Shown here: positions 25,823 through 38,486 of the stretch, piece after piece
Position numbering within the stretch: position 1 is the stretch's first letter
Layout of the letters: each line of letters starts with the position of its first letter
Assembly (NCBI GenBank): GCA_051362555.1
Contig: CM120640.1
Coordinates: 35,111,967-35,175,966, forward strand
Direction of reading: 5' to 3'
Source: Lingula anatina
Lineage: Eukaryota > Animalia > Brachiopoda
Length of the DNA stretch: 64,000 nucleotides
Program-made: the position numbers and the translations under genes
The notes under the pieces: model-generated
The model's database searches: none
The model's input: the letters and a program-made list of their open reading frames with translations, nothing else
Told to the model about the DNA's origin: nothing

Positions 25823-28800
25823 ATGGCGGAGAGTGTGAAACGATCACACGATGATGAGAAAGAAACCGGTGATGCAGACGAATGGATTGGTCCTATGCCA
25901 GAGGAGGCGGCTAAGCCAAAGAAGAGGAAAGGTAGACACTTCATTTTAAAAGTAATGTTCGATATTGAGTGCTTAATGACACACTATAATGCGTTGTTTT
26001 CCAGAAATTCAAATTATTTTACTAGAGTCTAGACTGGTATGCTAGTCTAAATGGTTAAATGTAAACACGGACTTCAAATCCCGCTCATTGAAATGTCGAA
26101 TATGTTTTATCTGTTTGTCTTTCTCATAAACACGTTTCTTTCGTTTCTTTCCTCCAGTTTTGGAGTTTGAACAAGTGTATCTCGACAGTTTGCCATGTGC
26201 AGAATCATATGAAAGGAGTTTTATGCACAGGGATGTTTTAACTCACGTGGAAGCAGCAAGGTAACTGGATGTATCTGTAATTTGTAAAAAACGAAAAAGT
26301 TTGAAATGTTGATGTAGATTAGATTCAGTCTGTAATTTTTGTTGAATGACCTGTATTTTATGTTATAAATTTCCATGGGCCTTGTAAAATTAAACAAAGT
26401 TGATAAAGTGCACCAATGATTACACACAATTTTCCCTTGTGATAGAACCGAGTTTGTGGTCACAAGCAGTGTGGATGGACATGTGAAGTTTTGGAAAAAG
26501 AAGGAAGATGAAGGCATAGAGTTTGTCAAGCATTTCAGAGGACATTTGGGTTAGTTTATTCACTAAATCCCTCAGACAGTATGGAATTTTCCTAAAGAAA
26601 TTTTGACTATTGAATAATAAGTTGAATAATAAACAACATATTTTTTTTACATCTCTGGCTGTTTTCTGGCAGTCATCAAGCATAGCTTCATTGAGTTACA
26701 AAATTGAAAGTTGCCCTAGATGTATATGATTTATTTTGTATGTATTTTCTTCACTTGGTCTTAGCCAAATGAATTTTTTAAAAATAATTTGCATTAAATT
26801 CCTAATTGAGTATAGTTTTATTGACCATTAATTTAAAATTACTTTAGGTTCCATACTTGATATGGCAGTAAGTCCTAATGGGGAACTGTGCTGTACTATT
26901 GCTGATGACAAAACATTGAAAGTGTTCGATGTTATCAACTTTGGTAAGTATTAATTAAGAGCATAAAATAATTTAATTTTTTTTCCACCCGCTATAACAA
27001 CCTTTATTTGTAACAAGCAAAGTATCACCTTTATTTACTGTTTGAGCAAGCTTAATTTTATGAAAAGATAAACATAGAATTCAGCTTTTTTTTACTTGAT
27101 AAGATTTTAAATTAAAAGTTATCTAGTCTATGATGCAAAATTACTTGAGTTTCAGCTGAAGTGTTAAATTGTGTCAAAGTAAAGATCAGATAGTATCTAT
27201 GGGATTTGTTTAAAACCCATCCCTGAAAAAGAGGTCAGCATCTTTTGGGGTCTTTTTGGATTGTATCTTGGTCAGCTATGTTTCTTAGCAAAGTAAGCCA
27301 TGACCATTTTTCTCTTTGTTTAAGAGGCCCCTTGGCCCCACTGTGTGAACTAACCTTATACCACACAATTTCAGACATGATCAACATGCTGAAGCTGAGT
27401 TATGTTCCACACTGCTGTAGTTGGATCTATGCAGCTGGAGATGCTATACCCGCCCTGGCTGTGTAAGTAATTGGAATGTGCACATCTTACCTTTATTTGT
27501 AAATTGAAAAAAGTCAGTGCACGTCTTTGTTGCTATGATTGACTAAATGAGAGTCTAAATGAAAAGAAAATTGCTGTTCTGAATGAAAGAAATTTATAGC
27601 ATATAAAAATGGAAATAAACATTTTGAACATGCCATGTTTCTCCTTTATCAGATAATTTAAATAGACTACATTTAAATCCTCAATCTTAACCCTTTGTTG
27701 GCGATTTTAAAAATGAAATACATTACCATAGAGTTTGATTAAAGCCATTAATCACCTTATTTTGTTACAGATCAGAGAAAGGCAACAAAATATATATCTA
27801 TGATGGAAGGGGGTCAGATGTGCCTATTCAAACACTGGAAAAAATCCACTATAAACAAGTAGTGGTAATCAAGGTAGTCATTACAATTTGAACCATGCTC
27901 TGAGGAATATCTGTCCGTTTTGATAATCATTTACATTTTTATGTACAGACACAGATGTGTCTGTACATATTGCCATCACCTGCGTCTGTCGTCGCCGTCG
28001 TCGCCGATGCCTGCGCCGTGCACTTTCCTTGTTAACACGATAAGTGGAGGGCAGTTTTACTTTTTGGCTTTATATTTACAGAGCTGATGAATATTCATAA
28101 AACGCAGGTCAAGTTCGAAAATCAGCATGATCGGGCCATTATTGTAGAACTTATGCTGTTTTTTCACTTATCAGCATATTTGCAACCCTGTTAACACATT
28201 TTAAGGAAAACCGATAGGCCTGTTGTCATGAAACTCCCAGGAGTTTTCAATCTTACTAAAACGCAGGTCAAGTTCGAAAATCGGCATGATCGGGCCACTA
28301 TTTTAGTAGTTATGCTGTTTTTTCACTTTTTAGCATATATGCAACACTGTAAACACAATATAAGAAAAACAGATAGACCAATTGTCATTAAACTCACAGG
28401 AGTGGTCAATCTTACTAAAATGCAGGTTGAGTTTGAAAATTAGTATAATCGGGCCATTGTTTTAGAAGTCATGCTGTTTTTTCACATTTCCTCAAATTCA
28501 ATTCTTAGGCATGTTAACAGTCTTATTATTTAATTAATAAGACACATAAAAGTGTTTGTTTGACATTTCCTGCATCTTTACAACATTGTTAGTTGATTAT
28601 GTAGAAATGATGGTAAACTTGTTATCGTGTATTGTGTAATAAAGTGTCAAAAATGGAAATAAACTCATATCAGTCAGATTCAATCATTTACTATGTTCAG
28701 AATGTCAGAATGGAGGAAATTGGACATTTGACACAGTTCTATTGATATTTGTCCCATCTCATCAATTTTCTTAGTTGATCATATAAAAATGGCAGTAAAC

Positions 28801-31800
28801 TGTTTATTTCATTTTATATTAAAAAAGTGTTAAAAATGGAAATAAACCCATTTCAGCACAGTGCTGTCTAGTTTACATTTTGGCATTTTCAAGATGTGGC
28901 TTTATAGTTCCATGGGCCTGAAGACCTTTGCTAGTCACATTTTCTGAATATCTGTGATACTAATATTTTATAATTAAAAATTAATGGTCATTATGCTGTT
29001 AAACATTATGTAATATTGCATCAAAATTTGAAGAAACCCCTATTTTGGGCACTGCTCCCATGATGATCATTTAAGGAAAATCATGTCACTTACTGTTCTC
29101 AAACTTACAGGAAAGAAACATGGGACTAAAATACACCTTCAGTAGGCAAAGCAGTCTGTTTGGTAACTTTTTCTGGCAGTTAAACAGTTTTTTGTGAAAA
29201 TTTAATTTTTCACATGTTGGCATTTTTAAGGTTTGACTTTGAAGTTCCATGATCGTGAAGACCTTTGCTTGTCATGTTTTCTGAATGTCCATGTTAATAA
29301 TAATATTTTATTAATAACATTTGATGATCATTATGCTGTTAATCATTATGTAATATTGCATCAAAATTAGAAAATAAACCTATTTTGGGCACTGCTCCCA
29401 TGATGACCATTTAAGGAAAACCATGTCATTTACTGTTCTCAAACTTACAGAAAGAAACATGGGACTTAAATACAGCTTCAGTAGGCAATACAATCTGTTT
29501 GGAAATTCTTTCTGCCGGTTAAAAAATGTTTTTTTGTGAAAGTTTAATTTTTCACATATTGGCATTTTCAAGGTGTGACTTTGAAGTTCCACAGGCTTGA
29601 AGACCCATGCTAGTCACATTTTCTGAAAATCCATGATACCTTTATTTTATTATTAAAAATTGATTGTCATTATTCTGTTAACCATTATGTAATATTGCAT
29701 CAGAATAGAAGAACACACAATTTTGGGTGCTGCTGCCATGAAAACCATTATGGGAAAACCATGTTACTTATGATTGCCAAACTTTCAAAAAAGAAATACA
29801 GGACTAAAATGCAGCCTGAGTTGGAAAAGCAGTCTAATTGACTTCTTTTTCTGGAAGTTATACATTTTCAGAGTGTGAACTTGAACTCCTATGGGGCTGA
29901 AGCCTTATGCTTGTTACACATTTTACTTACATTGGAATTACCTGTTGAGCATAATTAAAATTTGATGTTGAATTTGCAGTTTAACATAATGTACTTTTGC
30001 ATCAGAATTGACAGTACCCTATTTTGTTTTTTCCTTCTTTTTGTCTGTACATTTGACAGCTTTGCTGCCTTGTTGATATTAGGATATCATTGAAAGTAAT
30101 GTTTTTCAAATGCTTAATGCTAAATCAATCGAAGGAAAGTTATTCAACAAATATATATAATTTATTATGTGATATCAACCTTAGTCCTATTTTTGTTAAT
30201 TCAGAAAACAGTACATACGTAAAAACCACTGTCTAATATTTTTTAGTATCTTTAAATGTAGAAAAATGCAAAACAATGTTAAAATGATTTAACTGTGCTT
30301 TTCTTCTATGTTAAGGAACACTGTATGAGTGTTGAATACAAGAAATGCTATTGTCTGTCATCTCAGTGCATACAGAGCCACTTTCTCAAAATATACTAAA
30401 ATTATAGTGAACATGTTCTTGTGTGTGTGTTTGTGTGTGAGAGAAGGAGATAGAGGCTGAGGTTTCTAGTTCATATAATATTTTCTTTTTTTTTTCCTTG
30501 TAGTACAACCCAGTGTATGAAGTAGCTGTCTCAGCAGATGAGAGTGGAATGGTAGAGTACTGGACAGGACCAAAATCTGACTACAACTTCCCAAAAAATG
30601 TCAGCTGGGAGTATAAGACTGATACAGATTTGTACGAGTTTGCAAAGGTGAATTTTAACATAATAAATATGTGGATTTCTTTATTTTCTTGTTCTTGTAT
30701 AACAAAGTTGTGATCAAAAATTAACCAGGGAGTAAGAAGAAGAAAAAATTCTAAACTATGTTTTTGTATATTTTGTGGTTGCTTAGATATTTTGTTAGCT
30801 GTTTTGAAATCATTGTATTTCAGTATGTTTACACTTGTTACCCATTAGATGTTAGCAATGTAACTATTCATATTGGTCATGTATTTACAGTGTCAGACTG
30901 TACCTACAGGAGTTACCTTTTCTCCAAATGGGAAACTGATGGCTACCATTGCTAAAGACAGAAAAGTAAGTGACAGTATACGATATATAGCCAAATACAG
31001 GAGTCAATTGACAATATATTTTTGAAAATGTTTACTAATATGATTACTAGTGCTATGTTATTTGATCACATTTTGTGGTGACATCATGTTATTTCAGCTG
31101 CTGATGTTAAAAAATTTTAATGGTGCTGTTTTTATTCTAGGTGAGAATATTTAAATTTGCAACTGGTAAACTCTATAAAGTGCTTGATGAATCATTGAAG
31201 ACATTTACAGAACTTCAACAGGTAAAATGTCTATAGTCCTCTTTATATTGCATTGATATTACACAAATGTCATAATAAGATTTAACTAACAACTTTTCTT
31301 GGGAAAATCATTTATCTTTACTTAAAGAAGGGAAGACTGTCAAACTAAAGCTTTTTTGTTTATAGTGGAAATATATTCTGTGAATTGATATTTCAGACAC
31401 GGCAGCAGCTACCAAACATGGAATTTGGTCGTAGAATGGCAGTAGAGAGGGATCTTGAAAAGTCTGATGCCTTTTCACGTTGTAATGTTTGTAAGTGTAT
31501 AATTCTGTTTTATTTCAACTGTTCAACTATGAGATATAATGTAACCAAGATTTTGATGTTGAAAATTTTATATCCCCCTTTGTAAAATAGGCTTTTAAGA
31601 TTTTTTCTTCTAGAAAAGGTTGATTAGATTTAATTTGCCATATTGTTCAGGGAAATAATGTACTTTTTCTTCATATTCCAGTGTTCGACTCAAGTGGAAA
31701 CTTCATTATGTATGGTACAATGTTAGGAATAAAAGGTATGTCAGTTTTTGCTTCAAGCTTTTATATATTTATTTTTATAAAGAAATTTGAAGATCTAATC

Positions 31801-33967
31801 CCAATAAGCAGCACCTTTTTCACTGAAATCTACAGTGATTATCAAGAATCTAAAATCCATGCAATGAATATGAAAGTGAACGTTCATTCATCTTTCTTTT
31901 CCAGTTATTAATCTCTACACCAACCAGTGCGTTAGGTTTATAGGAAAACCAGAAAATATTCGCTTCGTCCACCTTTCCCTGTTCCAAGGGTCTGTGAAGG
32001 GCACAAAGGCAGCTCTGTCTGCTGAGATGGAGGCTTCGGACAACCCATCATTACAAGAAGTGAAATCGGATCCCACCCTCTTCTGCACTGCCTTTAAAAA
32101 GAATAGGTTTTATATGTTTACAAGAAGAGAGCCAGATTCTAAAAGGTGTGTGGTATTACTTTTAAGATTTATAATGTGTTATGTGGTATGGATTGTCTCA
32201 TTTGCTGTTCCATGCAGAATTAAACATGAAGTAAACTTATTAATGTAACACAATATATAATTCAATACATTTCTGTAATAGCTGTTTTGCCTTGATTATT
32301 TTTGCCCTTAACTAAATTGAAACATTATAGATGAGACTAAATTTTCATGTCATGCATTGCAGTGCTGATGCTGAGCGTGACATATTTAATGAAAGACCCT
32401 CCAAAGAGGACATCGTTGCTGCTACACAGGATGCCTCATATACCAGAGTGGCCAGTACTGCTGTGATCTATACCACCATGGGAGATATACATATAAAACT
32501 ATTTCCAAAAGAGTGAGTAAAGCTGCATAATCTATCTATCTATTCAATAAAATACTTTGGTGGAAGTTGGTCTTGAATTTGAGATTGAAACATTTAGTTT
32601 TAATCAGAAGTAGCCCACTTCCATGAGAATAATTGGCCCCGTTTTACATAATGGCAGATTTGGGTGATGTTTAAGACAGTTCTTTACATGATTGTTGTTA
32701 ACCAAAATTTTCAGTTTTAAAGTTTAGATGTAAGATCTTTTTAACTTAAGGCTCTTATTTGTAAAACTGAGAATTGTTATGCACAAGTGTGACACCATAC
32801 ACCAAATTCATTTTCAGTGAAAAACCACTTAATTTTTTTAATTCCCCCAAAATCTTAATATTATGATAATTTTGCTAATTTTAAGATGATTTTACATCAT
32901 TTTTATGATTTTACTTTATTATTTTAGGTGTCCAAAAACAGTGGAAAACTTCTGTGTTCACAGTCGGAATGGTTATTACAATGGGCACATATTTCACAGG
33001 GTCATAAAAGGTTTTATGATTCAAACTGGGGATCCTTTAGGTATAATAAACTAAAACTTGTATACATTTAATGTTTGATACCCAGATTAATTGACTTATT
33101 TCTATTATTTCAATTATCAAGTATTTTGTTTAATTAGGATATGATATCTGCTGCAGCGGTCTTTTCTTTATATACGTTTTTTATTTTTGTGTCATATTTC
33201 ACAAAGCAACCTTGACCTGTCTTGAAAATGTAAAAACATGTTTTACACTAAAGAGTTAATTTAAACATAATTGCATGCAGTTACTGAAAGAAAAATTATT
33301 TTTGTAAACAGGCACTGGAACTGGGGGAGAGTCTATATGGGGAGGCGAGTTTGAAGACGAGTTTCATCCATCAATTCGCCATGACCGACCATACACACTC
33401 AGTATGGCCAATGCAGGAGCCAACACCAATGGGTCTCAGTTCTTTATCACAGTGGTGCCCACAGTAAGTCCACCTTCATGTTAAAGTATTTGTTTTTCAA
33501 TGTTTATTTAAAACTGCTGATTTGAAAGCATTAGGATGGTTTAAAGAAATTGTCTCGGTTTCTTTTCTGTTAAGTCTGCATATTTTGTGGCACAGGCATG
33601 TCAATTTTCCAAGCAAATGAGAATAATAAAGTTAATCCAACTTAAAGTACAAAATCTGGTAATTCTTTTTTTCCTGGCAAAGTGGCATGTCAAAATGTTA
33701 CCTTTCACTTTCGTGCACGTTTTTATTTCAATCTCATTTTACAATTGATTGAGGAAAAATCAATTTTTAATAATTCAATTATAAAAGAATATGTAAATAA
33801 TTCACTGTCCAAATATTTTTCAGCCCTGGCTGGACAATAAGCACACAGTGTTTGGCCGCGTGGTCAAGGGGATGGAGGTGGTCCAGAATATCAGCAATGT
33901 GAAGTGTAATCCAAAGACTGATAAACCACACGACGATGTCAGAATCATCAGTATCTCCTGTAAATAA
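25823..33967 (+). CDS. PPWD1: Peptidylprolyl isomerase domain and WD repeat-containing protein 1 (spliceosomal cyclophilin)
   Basis: 16 exons at about 25823-25931, 26158-26260, 26446-26549, 26848-26943, 27375-27462, 27771-27873, 30504-30647, 30891-30965, 31141-31221, 31397-31490, 31682-31735, 31905-32145, 32363-32512, 32928-33040, 33312-33463, 33824-33967. Diagnostic peptides [69 protein letters not shown], then the cyclophilin domain ([40 protein letters not shown]). Confidence 0.97.
27940..30074. mobile_element. Non-autonomous Helentron-like element with internal tandem arrays in a PPWD1 intron
   Basis: Hairpin ATGTACAGACAC-AGAT-GTGTCTGTACAT and a GTC/GCC microsatellite. Three 159-bp units (anchors 28101, 28260, 28419) and about 3.5 units of ~340 bp (anchors ~28920, 29257, 29599, 29899). 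End GTCTGTACATTTGACAGCTTTGCTGCCTTGTT. Confidence 0.85.
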
Positions 33968-36900
33968 ACCCATGTTGTCTGGCTGAGCATGGAAGTCGGT
34001 TGAACCACCGATCTACAGGCTGTGACTTTACAAGAGAATTTTGGACCAAAAGATGTGCTCCTCGTCATCACACAAAGTACTCGTGGACTGTCAGCCACGA
34101 TAAATCGGGGGCAATAGTAAAGTCCACTTTATCAAATATTGCACTTCTTTTACCGAATGAAATATTGCCCTAGTTTTGTACAAAAGAATGTAATTGCTTA
34201 TTATTATTTAGACCATTAGTTACTTTATTTTGTGGTCTTTAAAAGTATATCTAGTCCAGAACTTTTGGTCTTTTAAATTTTGGACTTTTACTTCTTTTAT
34301 GTAAAGTCAGCTCTCTACGAGAGCTGGGAAGAAGTTGTAGTGCTTGGATGATTCACTAACATTGTTTTTTGGTTGGTTCAAACGAGCAGTTTCAAGTACG
34401 CTATCATTTTAGCGTGATTTTTAGGTGAGCTGTCTTAGTCGCAGACAAAAGTTCATTTAACTCAGGGCTAAATGTAATATCCACTGATGTAACATCAGGA
34501 TGATTTCTGTGGATAATGTTATATACTGCTAGTGTGTGGAGTACATTTGTTATGAACGAATCAAAGTTTTTCATCATCAGACCCAGTGGTTAAAATTCTT
34601 TATATTTATACTCCAAAATAAATAAATAAATGTAAATATATTATTTTACATTTGGTCAAACCAACAACTGTGTATGTATTAAAGATAGTGACCAATAAAA
34701 CCTGTATATTCTTATATCCTCTTTTCTTATACAAGGGACAATCGACAATATCTACAACATCAGTGTAAATAAGGAACACACCGTAATAGCCATAACCAAA
34801 GAAGATTAAGCACGCACATGAGCGTGCACTCGGCGCGCGCACACACACACACACACACAAGCACACTATAACAATCTGCTAAGCTACTGATTGCAGCAGA
34901 GAAGATTATTTTTGTTCCCCTCCAGACGGCGCTATAAATTGGTATGGTTTGTCAATCCTGGCAAAAACTACTCAGATTGTAGCATGCAGTAGACCATATA
35001 AGGATGACCAGTGACCTACATTATGCCATTTTACTTTGGGGTGTGTAAGGGTCTGAAGTTTAATTTAATTAATTTAATCTAGAGTATTTTAAAATATGCA
35101 GGAAACAAAAGCTACCTGTGCATTGCTATTTTAGTGCATTGTTAATCAAATTCTGTCTTTCAGATAATGTTTATTGATAAATAGAAAGGGCGGTTGCCCA
35201 GCTCTTCCTGCCTCCTACCCCGATGGACCATTTGAAACCCGAACTCTTGGAAGAGATGTCACTTCTTCTTCAGTTCTGAGTGACCAGGGTGTGGATGCGA
35301 GGCGGTCAGGATACTAAGTATATGGATATTTCAGTTTTAACCGATTCAACGAAACGTTCTAAGACAATGGTTTTAGGTATTTGTCGAAAACTTATATTTG
35401 ATGAATTTAAAAATGGGTTTGACGCCTGTATTTGTCAAACACTGGGTTTTACCATTCACCAGTATTTTCTCCTCGTGATATTTTGTGTCCTCCATGTCTC
35501 CTTTATTTCATCACGTACCTCAATAGTGAAAATTTCAGTTGTGCTTCACGTTAAATACACTGAATTTTTAATTACATCGGTTTAATTAGTAGTGGCAGTA
35601 AAGTTTTACTTTCGAAATAGTCAAGATGGGGAAATTCTGTTGAATGGTTCCTTTAAAATTTTGGCTGTTGAAATTTAGTAAGTGGTTTATAAGAAAACCA
35701 GGTATCATAATAACAGTACGGCAAAATAGTCACAATTGAAATTTAAAGAACCGGATAAAGGTTTAATGATATTCTTCCATTTCTAATTTTGGCATTTTTC
35801 AAAAATAATACCATAATATGATCCATTGAAGTATGTGACCTAGTTAATAATTCACTTCTTTCTGCATAACTGATTATGAAAGCAGCCATTTTCAAGGCAT
35901 AGGGGGCGAATTGCTAGCGCCAATTTGCAAGTAATGCTTGAACATAATTTTGATATTTCTCATTTATGGCTTATGTCAATATTACGTTGTCTAATCAAAA
36001 CGCTTTGTCCAAAACAATTTACCACGATTTTTTACCTCCAAATTTGAAAGCCTTTTGTAAAAAAAAATCGAAACGCAGCATATTTAACACTTCGTAGTCA
36101 TTAATTTCAAAACTTGTTTTATTTCACCAAGGAATAAAACCGACCCTTATGCCTTAAAACATTTCTTACTGTAATTATAAGTCTGTGTTTACCTCCTTTG
36201 TAAAACTACTAGTATTTGCAGTATTCTTCAGCAAGGCAGCAAGTTGTGACTTGACGTTTATTTCAATGCAAATATAATGCTCAAAAATACAGAGAAACCT
36301 ATTTTCCTAGTCCAGGAAAACTCGCAAATAAAGCTCGGTTTGACCTTTTTTCAAAAGACGACTAAGCTACCTTGAAAGCTCTGTTCACGTAATTTTGCAC
36401 ATTTGGTGATATATGTTACTTTTTCACATTTTTAAAGTGATTTGAATAAATCATACTGAAGCAGTCTTAAGTTATTGATCCTGCAAATAATACATAATGA
36501 GTTCAATCCACTTTTAAAATTGTTTAATGCTTAGTTGACAAAATTCTGTCAAAAGACTAAAATTTCTCATATTTTTTCTTAATTTTGCATTTACAGTATT
36601 TTCACTCGCTTCGAACTCCTGGCATTAAATTAGACCTTAAATAAAGCCAAAAAATCTGGAAATTTCGGCAATTTTTTCTTTAGGTTTATCCAAAAAGTTT
36701 TTCGAAAACTACGATCTGAAAAGCTTGGGGTTCCAATTTTCTATAATTTTATCGCCATGTGTGAAATTCACAAGTCTTTATCTCCATAGCAAGGGTGACT
36801 CGACAACTAGTTACTTAAAGCTCGTATTTTAATAATCTTTTGAAACTTGAAAACTTGCTGTCTTGTTGAATGAAAAGTGCCATTTTTTTAAGAACCACAA

Positions 36901-38261
36901 TCGATCGTTTTGTTTGAGTAATGGAGTGTGTAAAGTTCACACATTAAAGGCTCAATTTGCGAAAATTACTTGTAGTTGCAAACAGATTTGGCTAATCTTA
37001 GTCTACCTGTTAAACTGTGCCTAAAAATGGATATATGTAACGATTTTTGTTTGTTCGTTTATCTGGATTGTAATCTTAATATTATCGATTTCTCTAAAGT
37101 TAAGTATAAGCAATATTTTTTGTAATTATTTGTCAATTATGACTTGCATTTGTGGCATAACTTTGTTGAACAGATTGAACTTTGCATAAAAATGAAGGGA
37201 ACAGTCATGTAATCGAAAGTTCCCCATTTTCAAAACTCTGCTGCTTTTTAACAATCTCAGTAGCATCTTCAGTATATCCAGCAGCAGACACAGAAATGAT
37301 GTTTATGTTCTCTTATGAGAGCATTGTTTATGTTCAGAAATTTACAAACCATTTGTTACAAATTTTTGAACTTAAAAATACAAATGCTAGTGATATGATT
37401 TTCCCCTCCATTTCTACAATGTTTTTTATTTTCAATAATTAGTGTCTCTAGGGGATTTTTTTTCACATTCCCCATTGAAGTGCATCTTTTGTATTGTAGT
37501 GCATTTGAAAGTGCCGATTGCTGTTAAATGTTGAAATTTATTTCACAAATAGCTCGTGACAATTTTTTGCACAACATAGTAAAATGTGTTTCACCTTCAA
37601 AGCAATATCGTGAAAATATTTCACAGCACCTTATGGTAAAATGAAACAAAATCAATGGCAGATTGAAGGGGTGTCACATTTTGAAATTCATGGCAGTTTG
37701 GAGTATTTTTGTGACTTTTCAAATTATATGTTATCAGAGTGAGTCTCTTTCAATTTTTTCGATTTTTTGGTGTGGGGTGATACAGTTTCTAGATCTGCCG
37801 TTGTTTTTGTTAAATATGAAATTTAAAAAATCTGATGGTCATTTTTATCTGCAATAATTTGTTTAATATTATAGCAACATCGAACATTAGTCAAGTAGTT
37901 CGTTAGATAGTTTATTTATTAAATCAAACTTGAGCGTGTCTTAATGCAGATATCAATATTTCCGATTTACATATCTGAATATTCAAAACTTATTGTGATT
38001 ATTATTATTATTTTTTTTTTTGTAAAATCTTTAACAAGTGGATGTTTGAAAATATGAGAATATTTTATTTAAATCCGAATAAAATACTTTACAGTTATAT
38101 GCAAAATGGCTTAGCGTTTTCATTGGCTCGGCGGAACTCTAGGGCTGGGGATTCTATTCGGATACTAGGAACACATTAAATTCTTTACCAGAAGGGGGCT
38201 TTTAAAAATTTCCCTTGCTTACTATAAAAGGAAAGTCTACCAGGGGTGGGTGGGCGGGAAC

Positions 38262-38336
38262 ACTTAGGAGAGTGGATAGCACGCGCGACTCGGACCCAGC
38301 AAGACTTGGGTTCGAAACCTGGCGCTTCTAGGTCCC
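38262..38336 (+). pseudogene. Degenerate tRNA-like sequence (SINE head or tRNA pseudogene)
   Basis: A-box-like TAGGAGAGTGG and B box GGTTCGAAACC with a T-arm. Acceptor and anticodon stems do not pair well. Confidence 0.5.
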
Positions 38337-38417
38337 AGCAAATTACCTTTTACAAAAAAAAATCCAAACGAGTAATTTAAACTGCGACAAAAGGGTCCTA
38401 CGATCACTAAAAAGCAA

Positions 38418-38486
38418 GTCGAATCGGTGGCTCAGTAGGTAAGACGGCAGGACAGTAGACAAGAGAAAGAGGGTTCGAGATGAGCT
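38418..38486 (+). pseudogene. Second degenerate tRNA-like sequence
   Basis: A box TGGCTCAGTAGG and B-box-like GGTTCGAGAT at tRNA-like spacing. No intact cloverleaf. Confidence 0.4.

Noticed and set aside
38262-38486. Functional tRNA genes
   Set aside because: Acceptor and anticodon stems do not pair; kept only as relics.
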